A DNA stretch of 64,000 bases, from contig CAWCNJ010000008.1 in NCBI GenBank assembly GCA_963796955.1, positions 480,001 to 544,000 of the forward strand. The letters are read 5' to 3'. A program made the position numbers and the translations under genes. Shown here one piece after another: positions 39,689 through 50,783 of this stretch (positions within the stretch are counted from its first letter, which is position 1; each line of letters opens with the position of its first letter). Below the pieces are notes generated by a model. It saw only the letters and a program-made list of their open reading frames with translations, searched no databases and was not told the DNA's origin. Source of the stretch: Endomicrobiales bacterium. GTDB lineage: Bacteria > Elusimicrobiota > Endomicrobiia > Endomicrobiales > JALOBY01.

Positions 39689-39909
39689 ACGGCCATCTCT
39701 ATATGTTGAACACCTACGAATTCGGTACGTTCAAGACGTTCGTGCTTAGATTTCATAACCTCAACACATAGTTCAATAGCCTCTTTTACGCGTGTCATCA
39801 GTATAGGCATTGTTTTCGCCTGAGTATGACAACCGGGCAAATCTGGTACCTTTGCAACTAGCATTCCGTCTTCGTCTTTCTCAATAACGACTATGAATTT
39901 CCTTGTCAT
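39685..39909 (-). CDS. hicB: HicB family antitoxin (short, no DNA-binding domain)
   Basis: VVIEKDEDG...VPDLPGCHTQA...VKEAI. Confidence 0.92.
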   Translation of the reverse strand: MTRKFIVVIEKDEDGMLVAKVPDLPGCHTQAKTMPILMTRVKEAIELCVEVMKSKHERLERTEFVGVQHIEMAV

Positions 39910-39975
39910 AATACCTCCTGAATATTTTTCTAATTTTATAATATATTCCCGCCATTATCAATAAAACTTCTTATT

Positions 39976-41004
39976 TTAAAAACCTAACTGGCCGCAGGCG
40001 GCGCCAATGTCGAGTCCTTTGGGTTCGCGTATTATTACGGTGCAGCCGCGGCGGAGTAAGTAGGACTCGAAGAGTTCTATTGTTTTTTGGTTGGGGCGTT
40101 TCCAGCTGGATTTTTCTACGGGGTTGAAGGGGATGAGGTTTATTTTCATAATGGCGAAATCGCCGCCGCATTCTTCGAAGAGTTCAAGGAGTTTGCTTGC
40201 GTGTTCCTGGGAATCGTTCAGGTCGGCGATCAATATGTATTCTATTGTAAGGTGGCTCTTGGTGCGTTTGGCGTATTCAAGGCCGGCGCTTAATATTTCT
40301 TTGGTGGTATAGGGGACTTTTGACGGGATTATTTTGCGGCGTGTTTCATCGTCGGGGGCGTGCAGGGAAATGGCCAGGCGGACCGTGGTGTGCAGTTCGC
40401 AGAGGTCTTTAATTCTGGGAACTATGCCCACTGTCGATAGTGTTACGTGGCGGCGGCCTATGCCGAGGTGGTTTATGTCTGTTATAACGTGCAGGGCGGC
40501 TACTACGTTGTCGTAATTAAGCAGAGGTTCACCCATGCCCATAAGCAGTACGCCTTCTATGCTGTTGCCGGTGTCCTGGCGAACCCTGAGGATCTGTTCT
40601 ATTATTTCGCCCCTGGTCAGGTTGCGGCCGAATTTTTCGCGGCCGGTAGCGCAAAAATAACAGCCTACCGGGCAGCCCGACTGGGTGGAGATGCATATTG
40701 AATTTTTAGAGCCGCGGGGCAAAAGCACAGTAGACAGCGGAAGATCGTCGGCGGTTTTAAAGTCATACCTGACAGAGCCGTCTCTTTTGGAGGTGGTCTT
40801 CTTAACCAGCGTAAGACCATACAAGGAGTACTTCATGGAAAGTTTTTCACGCAGCCCGGCGGAAAGATTGGAGCACTGCTCGAAGCCGGTGACGCCTTTT
40901 TTGTAGACCCACTCCATAAGCTGCACGGCGCGGAAGGGGCTTTCCTTCCAGGCTTCTAAAACTTCTTTAAGTTGTTTCGGCTCAAGGTCGAGAAAGTATT
41001 TCAT
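39976..41004 (-). CDS. rlmN: 23S rRNA (adenine2503-C2) methyltransferase
   Basis: CPVGCYFC radical SAM motif, MGMGEP, AACGQL. Confidence 0.95.
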   Translation of the reverse strand: MKYFLDLEPKQLKEVLEAWKESPFRAVQLMEWVYKKGVTGFEQCSNLSAGLREKLSMKYSLYGLTLVKKTTSKRDGSVRYDFKTADDLPLSTVLLPRGSKNSICISTQSGCPVGCYFCATGREKFGRNLTRGEIIEQILRVRQDTGNSIEGVLLMGMGEPLLNYDNVVAALHVITDINHLGIGRRHVTLSTVGIVPRIKDLCELHTTVRLAISLHAPDDETRRKIIPSKVPYTTKEILSAGLEYAKRTKSHLTIEYILIADLNDSQEHASKLLELFEECGGDFAIMKINLIPFNPVEKSSWKRPNQKTIELFESYLLRRGCTVIIREPKGLDIGAACGQLGF

Positions 41005-42329
41005 TTAGTTTTTACCAATTTTACGGCGAAGAAGCCGTCCATGTTCTGTTTGTGTGGCCACGTTCTAAAGTAATTTTTATCGCCGGACAAAAGTTCAACC
41101 GGCAAAATCGTGTCCAGCTCAACCGGGGCAAAACCCGGGTTATCTGCCAGGAATTGTTCTATTACCTGATTGGTCTCCTCGGGCTCATTGGTGCAGGTAC
41201 TATAGATTATTGAGCCGCCGGCTTTGACCAGCGTTGATAAATGGCGCAAGAGGGTTAGTTGCACGGCAGGGTATTTTTTTATTACATCAGCCTGCGCGCG
41301 GTTCCATTTTATGTCCGGTTTCTTACGCAGTGTGCCGATTCCTGAGCAGGGGGCGTCCAGCAGCACGGTATCGAATGTGCCGGTGAATTTCGCGGCATCA
41401 GCAACGGCGGCTTCTGCGCAGGTAACACCCATGCGGGTGAAAGTTTCTTGTGCCTGGGATATGCGCCTTTTGTCGGTATCAATAGCGGTGATAGAACATT
41501 TGTTATCGGCGAGAGCAGCGATATGGGCTGTTTTAGTACCGCTGCCGCAACAGGCATCAAGTATTGTTTGCGCACTTATCGGCTGCACTAAATGGGCTAT
41601 CATCTGGGAAGCTTCGTCCTGCACTAACAGGGAACCGTCGTTCATGCCGGAAAGCAGTTCAAGCTGGGGATTAGCGGCTTCCAGGTTTATGCCCTCCGGA
41701 GAAAATTTGGTGCACTCGGCGGAAAACTCGGCCGGGATCGAAGCGATGGCTTTCTCACGGGAAGTTTTTAATGTGTTAACACGCAGGGTAAGATAGCCGG
41801 GATCGTTGTTGGCGATACACATAAGTTCTGTTTCGGTTACACCGAACCTGGAGAACCAGCGCTTTATCAGCCAATGCGGGTAAGAATATTTAAGGGCCAT
41901 GTTCTCGGCGGTATCGGCGGAAAATTTGGACATCAGATCGGTTTCTTCGCTCAGCCTGCGCATAACGGCGTTAACCATGCCGGAAGCCTTCGCTTTGTGA
42001 CAGGCCCGTGCAAGTTCCACGCTTTCGTTAACGGCGGCGTAGGGCGGCACGCGGTCGCCCATGAACATGAGTTGGTAGATGCCAAGACGCAGTATCGCGC
42101 GGACAGTAGCGTCCGTATGCCGTACATCTTTCAGGCGGGAGTTAGCGATGAAATCAAGGGTGTTCATGCGGCGCACGACGCCCCATACTAAGGAACGAGC
42201 AAAGCCCTTATCGGGGCATTGCTTGCCGTGTTCGTCAAGAACTGAATTAATAAGCTGGCTCAGGTTGGTTACTTCAGGTTTATAGGCGGCAAGGATACGT
42301 ACCGCAAGCTGTCTTGCCGTTTCTGCCAT
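41001..42329 (-). CDS. rsmB: 16S rRNA (cytosine967-C5) methyltransferase
   Basis: NusB-like N-terminus, VQDEASQ, DAPCSG, YSTCT. Confidence 0.94.
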   Translation of the reverse strand: MAETARQLAVRILAAYKPEVTNLSQLINSVLDEHGKQCPDKGFARSLVWGVVRRMNTLDFIANSRLKDVRHTDATVRAILRLGIYQLMFMGDRVPPYAAVNESVELARACHKAKASGMVNAVMRRLSEETDLMSKFSADTAENMALKYSYPHWLIKRWFSRFGVTETELMCIANNDPGYLTLRVNTLKTSREKAIASIPAEFSAECTKFSPEGINLEAANPQLELLSGMNDGSLLVQDEASQMIAHLVQPISAQTILDACCGSGTKTAHIAALADNKCSITAIDTDKRRISQAQETFTRMGVTCAEAAVADAAKFTGTFDTVLLDAPCSGIGTLRKKPDIKWNRAQADVIKKYPAVQLTLLRHLSTLVKAGGSIIYSTCTNEPEETNQVIEQFLADNPGFAPVELDTILPVELLSGDKNYFRTWPHKQNMDGFFAVKLVKTK

Positions 42330-43225
42330 TAATATACGACCTTGGGTATGTTGAACTTCTTTTCTTTCATCTGTTCAGACATCGCCTCAAGTTTTTCTAT
42401 GCGGTCTTCAAGGGGCGGATGGGTAGAGAACAAATTAAGGAACGCCTTGCCGCTGAGCGGGCTTACTATGAACATGTGTGCCGTCGTCGGGTTGGGGTTG
42501 GCTACCGGGTTTAGTTTTATACCCGCCGTAAGTTTGCGAAGCGCGTTAGCAAGAGCAAGCGGATTTTTGCAAAGCGCGGCTCCGTCAGCGTCAGCCTGAT
42601 ATTCTCTGGAACGCGATATCGCCATTTGTATCATCATCGCAGCTATAGGCGCAATGATCGCGACGACCAGCATCATAATAAGGCCGGCGTTGCCGTTGTT
42701 GTTATTGTTATCGCCGCCCCTGCCGCCGAACATCATGCCCCACTGGGCGATGCGGGCCAGCATGAATATTGCGCCGGCTATGGTTGCAGCCATTGTCGAA
42801 GTAAGTATGTCGCGGTTACGTATATGCGAAAGTTCGTGGGCCAGCACACCCATAAGTTCATCGGGGCTGAGCAGCTCCAGTATACCGCTGGTAACCGCCA
42901 CCGCTGAATGAGCAGGATTACGGCCCGTCGCGAATGCGTTCGGCATAGGGCTTTGCATAATATAGACGCGCGGCATCGGCAGGCCGTCTGCCGTGGCAAG
43001 GCGCCGTACCACTTCAAATATCTTTGGTGATTCAATTTCAGTCGTTTCTTTAGCGCCATACATCATCAGCACTATTTTATCGGAAAACCAATAAGAGAAA
43101 AAGTTCATAACCGCGCCGAACATAAAGGCCATCATCATACCGTGCCGGCCGCCTATCGCGCCGCCAATAATGATGAATAGTATTAACAACGCAGCCATCA
43201 ACAAAAATGTTTTAAATGTGTTCAT
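42329..43225 (-). CDS. htpX: Zinc metalloprotease HtpX
   Basis: PNAFATG, HELSH, SRSREY, STHPP. Confidence 0.96.
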   Translation of the reverse strand: MNTFKTFLLMAALLILFIIIGGAIGGRHGMMMAFMFGAVMNFFSYWFSDKIVLMMYGAKETTEIESPKIFEVVRRLATADGLPMPRVYIMQSPMPNAFATGRNPAHSAVAVTSGILELLSPDELMGVLAHELSHIRNRDILTSTMAATIAGAIFMLARIAQWGMMFGGRGGDNNNNNGNAGLIMMLVVAIIAPIAAMMIQMAISRSREYQADADGAALCKNPLALANALRKLTAGIKLNPVANPNPTTAHMFIVSPLSGKAFLNLFSTHPPLEDRIEKLEAMSEQMKEKKFNIPKVVY

Positions 43226-43330
43226 TGGTAACCTCCCGCATTTATAACAGCATCGTACGAAACCCGAGTAGCGAACAGTAGGCTGTGGAAAGTTTAGCTT
43301 TCAATTTTAAATACAAATACAACATGTTGA

Positions 43331-44254
43331 TTATATCAATTTATCGCCGGGCTGTAAATGAAGGCCTTGGACATAGGACCAGGCTGACATGGCCTTTTTA
43401 TTGGCGGGGTGAACTTCCGTTACCAGCAGCGCTGATTCACCGCAAGCTACCACAATACCTTTTTCTTTAACAAGTTCAATTACCTCGCCAGGTCTGCCCG
43501 AAGAACTGTTCACCGTTGCGGATAATATCTTCAGGGTTTCCCCTTTAAGAGTGGTGTATATGCCCGGCCATGGTTTTGTGCCGCGCATCAGGTTAAATAG
43601 TGTCAAAGCGGGTTTTGTCCAATCTATGCGGCCGTCTTCTTTTTTAAGCTGGGGTGCGAATGTCGGAGTGCCCTCCTGCTTTTTTTCGGTGCAGTTGCCG
43701 GCCTGTATCTGTTCCAGGGTGTTGAGCATGTCCTGTACGCCAAGTTCCGTCAGACGGTTCAGCAGGGCCGGGGCGTCTTCCTGAGGCATTATCGCCGCTT
43801 TGGTCTGGGAAAGCACCGGGCCGCTATCAAGGGTTTCTTCAAGCCAGAAAATAGAGACGCCGGTCTCGCGCTCGCCGTTAATAAGCGCCCACTGGAACGG
43901 CGCAGCGCCGCGGTAGTGCGGCAACAGAGAAAAATGAATATTGAAACAGCCGTAGGTCGGAGCGGAAAAAACTGAACGAGGTATAAGCTTGCCGTATGCC
44001 ACCACTACGCCGATATCGGCCTTTAATGAAGCGATCATGTCGGCGGAACTCTGGTCCAGTTTGGCAGGCTGCAGCACGGGGATATTTTTAGAGGCGGCGC
44101 AGATCTTCACCGGAGGAGAAGCAAGCTGCATTTTGCGGCCGGAGGGTTTATCGGGTTGACACACCACTGAAACAACTTGGTGCCCGCCTTCTACCAATGC
44201 TTCCAGGAACGGTACGGCTACCTGCGGCGTTCCGAAAAAAATTACCTTCACCAC
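43331..44254 (-). CDS. fmt: Methionyl-tRNA formyltransferase
   Basis: FFGTP, QPDKP.GR, NIHFSLLP.YRGAAP. Confidence 0.96.
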   Translation of the reverse strand: MVKVIFFGTPQVAVPFLEALVEGGHQVVSVVCQPDKPSGRKMQLASPPVKICAASKNIPVLQPAKLDQSSADMIASLKADIGVVVAYGKLIPRSVFSAPTYGCFNIHFSLLPHYRGAAPFQWALINGERETGVSIFWLEETLDSGPVLSQTKAAIMPQEDAPALLNRLTELGVQDMLNTLEQIQAGNCTEKKQEGTPTFAPQLKKEDGRIDWTKPALTLFNLMRGTKPWPGIYTTLKGETLKILSATVNSSSGRPGEVIELVKEKGIVVACGESALLVTEVHPANKKAMSAWSYVQGLHLQPGDKLI

Positions 44255-44757
44255 GTCCCTTCTTTTTTGCGGCGTTTTATCTCTGTCTGCACGTATTTTT
44301 TGTCAGCCGCGGAAATATGTTCTAAAAAGGTTTTTCCATCAAGGTGGTCTATCTCATGCTGCAGCACGCGGCTGAGAAACTGTTCGGCCTCCAGCGTGAA
44401 TTCCTTTCCTGCCAGGTTCCTGGCGCACACGCGCACCTTGCGGCAGCGTTTTGTTTTTACCAGCATACCGGGAAAAGACAGGCAGCCTTCTTCATCGGTA
44501 ATTTTGCCTTCTGTTTTTTCTATCCTGGGGTTTACCAAAACCATTGGCAGGCGCTTGCCCTCGGGGCGTATATCTATAACGCACATGCGCACCGGGACGC
44601 CGACCTGGTTGGCGGCAAGGCCTACCCCAGGCGCGGTGTACATGGTTTCAAGCATATTGTTGGCAAGCTGTATGATCTCAGGCGTAACAACGTCAATATT
44701 TTTGGTCTTCTGCCTGAGCACCGGCTCGCCGTATTTGCAGATCTTAAGTAGTGCCAT
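44248..44757 (-). CDS. def: Peptide deformylase
   Basis: GVGLAANQ, EGCLS, QHEIDHLDG. Confidence 0.97.
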   Translation of the reverse strand: MALLKICKYGEPVLRQKTKNIDVVTPEIIQLANNMLETMYTAPGVGLAANQVGVPVRMCVIDIRPEGKRLPMVLVNPRIEKTEGKITDEEGCLSFPGMLVKTKRCRKVRVCARNLAGKEFTLEAEQFLSRVLQHEIDHLDGKTFLEHISAADKKYVQTEIKRRKKEGTW

Positions 44758-44838
44758 AACGAAATTTTATCAATTCCCCGGAGAAAACGCAAATTCGTTT
44801 GAATTACGTATTGAAAAAATATATACTGAACCTATTAT

Positions 44839-45405
44839 ATGAAACAAAACTTCAAAAAGAAACAAAGATCCGGCACACAAAAAAACACGGCCGCGACCGC
44901 ACAAGCTGCTATTTCCGCAGACAACGGCAAATGGCTTACCGCGTTAAAGATAGTAGCAGCCGCGTATGTTTTAGTTTCCTGTTATCAGTTGTTTAACCTC
45001 GCGGCAGGGCAGAGGTGGTATTACGATGTTTTTGACTATCTTCCTAAAGAAACACTGGATCTTCGTTACGCTTTTTCTTTTTTCTGGAGTTTGCTTTGCG
45101 TTGCGGCGGGGATCGGCCTGTTCTTTTTGAAAAAGCCGGCACGTATCGCGGTAATGGTGATCAGCGGTCTGACGATGGCGGCTGCATACTGGCGGCATCC
45201 GTATGCCGCCCTGCTGAAACATACCAGGGAACTGGATCTGCGATTTCCTACCATGTTCGCCGGGAACGACGCGCTGGTGGGATTTTCTTTCGCCAAACTT
45301 ACGGGTGTCGTTATTTTTCTTCAAATAACCACCGATGTGCTGCTGTGCTCGGCCCTGATCTACTTTCTTACCCGCCCGAAAGTTAAATGTTTTTTCTCAT
45401 CTTGA
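44839..45405 (+). CDS. Hypothetical four-TM membrane protein
   Basis: Four hydrophobic segments, ends YFLTRPKVK; lone + gene in a minus block. Confidence 0.7.
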   Translation: MKQNFKKKQRSGTQKNTAATAQAAISADNGKWLTALKIVAAAYVLVSCYQLFNLAAGQRWYYDVFDYLPKETLDLRYAFSFFWSLLCVAAGIGLFFLKKPARIAVMVISGLTMAAAYWRHPYAALLKHTRELDLRFPTMFAGNDALVGFSFAKLTGVVIFLQITTDVLLCSALIYFLTRPKVKCFFSS

Positions 45406-45865
45406 TACTGAAAATACCTTTTTCTTCGATCTCCTTACCCTGCAGCTTAAAACCCATTGCCTGATAGGACGGAACCGCAAAGCGCGATGATTGCACCCAG
45501 ATCTCGCGCGCACCGTTATATTTTTCTTTTATCATTGAGATAGCCCGCTGCAGCAGGGTTTTACCTATACCCTTTCTATGGTACTGACTGTCGACAAAGA
45601 AGAGATTGATATGGTTACCGTCGCGCATCACCAGTGTTCCCACCAGAGATTTACCGATCCAGGCTGTCAGGAAAATACTGCCTTCAGCCCCGGTGCGTTC
45701 AGCCAGCGCCTCGGGGGAGACAATGCTTATAAAAAGATCGATCCCTTCATCCGTAAGGTCTTCGGCGATGTGCGCGCGGAACTCGCGCATTATAAGCACG
45801 GAAACCCACGGTTCTTCCCCCGGTGTCAGCTCGCGTATGGTCAGGTCGGTCAGGGTCGGTGTCAT
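45383..45865 (-). CDS. GNAT family N-acetyltransferase
   Basis: LFFVDSQYHRKGIGK, SSRFAVPSYQAMGF. Confidence 0.9.
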   Translation of the reverse strand: MTPTLTDLTIRELTPGEEPWVSVLIMREFRAHIAEDLTDEGIDLFISIVSPEALAERTGAEGSIFLTAWIGKSLVGTLVMRDGNHINLFFVDSQYHRKGIGKTLLQRAISMIKEKYNGAREIWVQSSRFAVPSYQAMGFKLQGKEIEEKGIFSIKMRKNI

Positions 45866-45880
45866 TACTGTTGTCTCCTA

Positions 45881-48022
45881 TTATTTCGGAAGGCTTTGCA
45901 ATCTGGCCCGTACTTCGGCTTTGTCCCTCGGATCGGTGGTCATGGTGTAATACGCCTCGAAGGCACGCCGTGCGTTTGCATTGTCCCCGCCTTTTTGCAG
46001 GGCGAGGCCCATATTGTAATAGGCGTTCAGATAGTTGGGAGAGCGCTGCAGCACTGCCTGAAAGATCGCGGCCGCGCGCATCGGCTCATCCTTCATCGCG
46101 ATAAGCCCCAGTTCGTTGCCGGCGTCGGCGTTACTGCCGTGCTCCCAGGACCACGTAAATTCGGTCACCGCTTCATCCATCATGCCTGAGGCTTTCAAGG
46201 CGCAACCGCGGTTGAAATGCGCCGAGGGCGATTGCGGCTCTTTGGCAAGCACCTGGGTGAACCATTTCAGGGAATCCTGATAGTTACCCTGCTGGAAAGC
46301 AAGCGTACCCAGATTATTTATCGCGGCATTGAGGAACGGCTCAACCGCAAGAGCGTGCGAGTATAATATGAGCGCCTCATCATATCTTCGCAGCGCCGCG
46401 AAAGCAAGCCCCAGGTTGTTGTAGGCGGCAGAGTAATACGAAACGATATGTTGCGAAAAGAAATCGGCGCCGGTTACCGTCCGCAACTCACCCCGCATTG
46501 CGTAAAACTGAAAGGGTAACTGAGTCGGGGCGTATTCCCCTTTTGCGCTGAGCCGGTAAAGAACGCCGGCGGGATAGCTTAAAAGGTCGGACGGGAATTT
46601 TGCCGGTAGGTCGGCGTAAACGGCGCGCAAAGCCTGGTTGTAGACCAGCAATACCCTTGAAAGTTCTTCCCCGGAGGCGATATCCCGCGACGGCAGCAGT
46701 TCCGGATGCAGGCGTTTTAACTCATTGTATCCCCAGCGGGTCCGGTAATAGGACACGAGCGAAATGTCTTTGCGCTTGCCGCAGACGGTCTGTGCATAGG
46801 TGGTGATAAAAGCCGATGAATCGTCGGGATCGTACAGCATGGCGCCCGGCTGCATGGTAACGCGCACGTTCCGCCCGTAATCCCACGCCCGGTAATCAGT
46901 TCTATAGCTGCACTCCGCCAGATGCAGCCCCAGCGAGCCGGCGGCGATAAGAACAGCGGCCGCCAGCCGTGTGCGGGCGACGGTCATGGAGGCAAAACCG
47001 GCTGCTATAAAAATAGCGAAAAAAACATTGGGCAGCACCATATGCGGCTCAAGTATGGGAAGTGTTGTGATCTCGGATTCCGGCAGATTTGAGATTATTA
47101 TGAACAACGGACCGCTGAAGATCAACGCGCCGAGACAGAACTGGAAGAAGCGTTCCTTGCGGCGAGACCAAAAACCCCATAGCCCGAATATGACGCCGGG
47201 CAGTGTGAACTGGGTTATGAGTATTTTAGTATAGAGCAGCAAGTGTTTATTTATCCCGCCAAACGACCAGCTGAAATTGCTTTCTTCAGGGTGCAGCCGC
47301 ATGCCGCCGTAATCCGCCCGGGTAACAACGCGCAGCAGGTTATGCAGGTTGGCCGGATGTCCCCAATCCGCCGCCGGGTAACCCATAGAGCGCAGGGGCA
47401 GGAAAAGATATATTGAAAGGCCGGCTGCGAAAAACAACGCGGACATTACCATATTTCTGGCCGTGAGCGCATCGTTCTTCCAGGCAAGCCAGGCGAAAGC
47501 CGGGAACACGAACAATATTGTTTGATGGCTGGCGCAGGCGAGCGCGCCGATGAAAGCAGCGCTCAGAATCAATGGCGTGCTTTCCTCAGCAGGCCGGCGC
47601 TGTGAGACACGCAAGGCGAGCAGCAGAAGAATAGCGCCGAAAAGACCGTTGAGAGAATACATTTCCGAAACCTGACTGAGCCGCCAGAGGGCGGGTGCCT
47701 GGGCGAACATAATGACCGCTGCAAGTGTTACCATCCCCCCGCCGACGATAATTCCGTCCAGCGCGCAGGCGACCATAGCCGCGGCCGCGGCGCCGAATAG
47801 CGCTGAAAGTACGTTCATGGCATAGCCCATATTGCCAAAAGGCATAAGTTCCCTGAACGCCTTGCCCGCCAGCGCATACAAAGGGTACCCGGGCGGGTGC
47901 GCGATACCCAGCGTAGCGGCCGCTACTACCAGGTCACCCGAATCGCGGTAGGGCGCAACCGTAGGGTGCAGGGTATATAGATAGAGCGAAAAGACCGCGC
48001 AAAATACGGCGACGTAACGCAT
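45881..48022 (-). CDS. DUF2723/TMEM260-like membrane glycosyltransferase with C-terminal TPRs
   Basis: DSGD...LGIAHPPGYPLY, SEMY, multi-TM, TPR repeats. Confidence 0.85.
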   Translation of the reverse strand: MRYVAVFCAVFSLYLYTLHPTVAPYRDSGDLVVAAATLGIAHPPGYPLYALAGKAFRELMPFGNMGYAMNVLSALFGAAAAAMVACALDGIIVGGGMVTLAAVIMFAQAPALWRLSQVSEMYSLNGLFGAILLLLALRVSQRRPAEESTPLILSAAFIGALACASHQTILFVFPAFAWLAWKNDALTARNMVMSALFFAAGLSIYLFLPLRSMGYPAADWGHPANLHNLLRVVTRADYGGMRLHPEESNFSWSFGGINKHLLLYTKILITQFTLPGVIFGLWGFWSRRKERFFQFCLGALIFSGPLFIIISNLPESEITTLPILEPHMVLPNVFFAIFIAAGFASMTVARTRLAAAVLIAAGSLGLHLAECSYRTDYRAWDYGRNVRVTMQPGAMLYDPDDSSAFITTYAQTVCGKRKDISLVSYYRTRWGYNELKRLHPELLPSRDIASGEELSRVLLVYNQALRAVYADLPAKFPSDLLSYPAGVLYRLSAKGEYAPTQLPFQFYAMRGELRTVTGADFFSQHIVSYYSAAYNNLGLAFAALRRYDEALILYSHALAVEPFLNAAINNLGTLAFQQGNYQDSLKWFTQVLAKEPQSPSAHFNRGCALKASGMMDEAVTEFTWSWEHGSNADAGNELGLIAMKDEPMRAAAIFQAVLQRSPNYLNAYYNMGLALQKGGDNANARRAFEAYYTMTTDPRDKAEVRARLQSLPK

Positions 48023-48025
48023 TTT

Positions 48026-48755
48026 CTAAATTTTCCTTTTACCTGCTTTCTTTATCGCAGAAAATATGTCTTTGGGAACGGGAATACCGTCCGGCGCCGT
48101 ACGTGCAGTACATAAAGTGCAGATGTGTCGGCGACCTTTTCGGCCTGGCATTCTTTCCGGTACGTCCGACAGTGCCGAGCACATCGCCCGGCCGTACCAG
48201 CGTTCCAAGCTCTACCGCAATGTCTTTCATGTGTGCGTAATAATATAATCCGTCGCTCGCCATATCGTAGACCCAGACGTAGTTGCCGCCGCGGATCGGG
48301 TTATCCGGCGTCCAGCCGGTATTCTTCCCGACAACGATCCCGAACGAGGCGGAAACTATGTTGACCGGCTTATGCGTTTTGTCGTCAAGACAATCCTGGT
48401 TCTTATCATGGATGAAAAGATCAGCGGCAGGATGGCCCGCGTGTTTAGTGCCGGTAAAGAAGTCATATTTCGTGGCAACATAATACCGCTCCTGCCCGGC
48501 GGAGGTATACCCCTCCAGCGGGTACACCAACTCTTTTTTCAGAAACTCCCTGCCGCTCATGTTCTTAAAGAAATTTATCAGTTCGTTGTGCAATAATTTG
48601 AACTCCGCTATAGCCATGGGCCGTGCGATAGTCCCGTCCCGCACCTGTTTTTCGGCCGCGTCCCACCGGTCAACTATCTGTGTGTCGGTAAGAGCAAAAC
48701 ATTTGGAAACCATTAACATAGAAAACAGCACAAGCAAAATTTTCGCAGCTCTCAT
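48026..48755 (-). CDS. M23 family metallopeptidase (probable one-base frameshift near 48097)
   Basis: Signal peptide, HPAAD, YAH, HLH; removing one G gives C-terminus YAPDGIPVPKD...KRKI ending next to the following gene. Confidence 0.8.
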
Positions 48756-48765
48756 ATTTCCTCTT

Positions 48766-50783
48766 TTACAGCGTATCCTGTGGGTCAACGTCTATCAGCA
48801 GCTGGATGCCTGGTGGAAGTTGTCCCGATTCGGCTATTTCTTTTGTTACCGCTACTAGCGATTGTCGGCTGCCTTTCAGCAGCAGCTGCCAGCGGAAAAA
48901 TCCCTGCAGCCTGGAACGGGAGGCGGGTGTGGGTCCGAGGATATCGATCCGTTCGTTCAACTTTTTGGCCTGGACCACAATATGATCATGTATCGCCTGC
49001 GTTGTTTCCATAACACGCTCTTCATTCACACCGCGCACAAGAATATTCAAAAGGCTGCAAAAAGGCGGATACATCAGCTGTTTACGAAATTCCAGCTCTT
49101 GACGGTAAAAGTCCAGAAAGTCATGTTTTCTGGCAGCGCGTAAGGCGTAATGCTCGGGATGCCGCGTCTGGATTATAACCTCGCCGGACAACACGTCACG
49201 GCCGGAGCGGCCCGCGACCTGTGTTATCAGCTGGAATGTGCGCTCGGCGGAGCGAAAGTCGGGCAGGGCAAGGGCGGTGTCGGCATCTATGACACCGACC
49301 AGCGTAACGCGCGGAAAATCAAAACCTTTAGCGACCAGCTGAGTGCCGAGAAGAATATCAAATTGTTCGTTCCTGAAATCGTCGTAGGCCTGCTGGTACA
49401 CGCCTTTTTTTGAGGCGGTGTCGGCGTCCAGGCGGAAGATACGGGCCTGCGGGAAAAGGCGTTTCAGCTCTTCTTCCACCTTCTGGGTACCGACGCCGAA
49501 AACCGATATATCCCGGCTTTTACAGGCGGGGCAGACGTCCGGATTACCGCGTTTGTGGCCGCAGTAATGGCAGCGCAAACCTTCCGGATTTTTATGATAG
49601 ACCAGAGATATCGAACAATTGGGGCACTGCCAGACATTACCGCAGGCATTGCAAATAATGCTGGGTGAAAAGCCCCTGCGGTTAAGGAATACGATCGCCT
49701 GTTCCCTGCGGGCCAATACTCTGGTCATCGCGGCTGCCAGGGATTGTGAGATCACTTTATAATTTTTCGGCATTAGCTTAATGTCCAAAATTTTTACTTC
49801 TGGGAGCGGGCGGTCGTTTATGCGCGTGTCAAGTTCAAGCAGGGTTAATTTATTATTAGTCGCCGCGTAATAACTTTCAAGCGCAGGTGTCGCCGAACCC
49901 AGCACGACCGCGGCTTTGCACAGGCGCCCAGTTCCAGCGCAACATCCCGGGTATGATACGATGGCTTCTGCTCCTGCTTATAGGTAGGTTCATGTTCTTC
50001 ATCGATGATGATCAAACCGGTATCGCGAAAGGGCGCGAACAGGGCGGAACGCGCGCCCAGCATCACGCTGATACGCCCTTCCCGCGCGGCCTGCCAGGTA
50101 AGATATTTTTCACCGTCGGAGATCCTGCTGTGCCAGACACCGACGACTCCGGGAAAGCGGCTTTGCACGATGCCCACGAACTGCGCGGTCAATGAAATTT
50201 CGGGTATAAGAAAGATGCAGGAGCGGCCCTGTGCGATGACCCTCTCTATCAGGGCCAGGTAAACCTCTGTCTTGCCTGAACCGGTGACGCCCCGCAACAG
50301 GAACGGCTCGAAACGTCGGGCATCAACAGCGGCGAATATGGTATTCACGGCACTTTTTTGCTGTTCTTCAAGGACAGGGGCCACCGTGGCAATGGGAAGA
50401 GCCGCAACAGGTTTTGATATTTTTTGGATTCTTTTTGGCGGGCGCAATTTAAGGGAAGCGACGGTCGCGAGTGCTTCCCCCAGGGAACAGAGATAATTAT
50501 CAGCGATCCAGCCGGCGAGGCTGAAAAGACTCGGCAGAACGAAGGGGCTCTCGTCAATAACGGAGATTATATCTTTTGTGCCGCTAACGGTTGATTCATT
50601 AATTGTCGAGACAACAAAGCCCGTCATGGTACGGCGTCCGAACGGCACCGAAACACGCACGCCGCGCATGACTTTGCCGGCAAGTTCCTTCGGTATACTG
50701 TAGTGGAATGTTTTATTCAGCGGGACGGGAAGTGCGATCTCGGCGAAAAGGGAAGCAGTAGTCGGCGCGGCGCGGTCGATCAT
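48766..50783 (-). CDS. priA: Primosomal protein N' (frameshift near 49928)
   Basis: GVTGSGKT, DEEH, LGSATP, zinc fingers, QVAGRSGR; one extra G restores ELGRLCKAAVVLGSAT. Confidence 0.93.

Noticed and set aside
43226..43330. CIRCE or riboswitch upstream of htpX
   Set aside because: No TTAGCACTC-N9-GAGTGCTAA; only a weak ACAGC/GCTGT pairing
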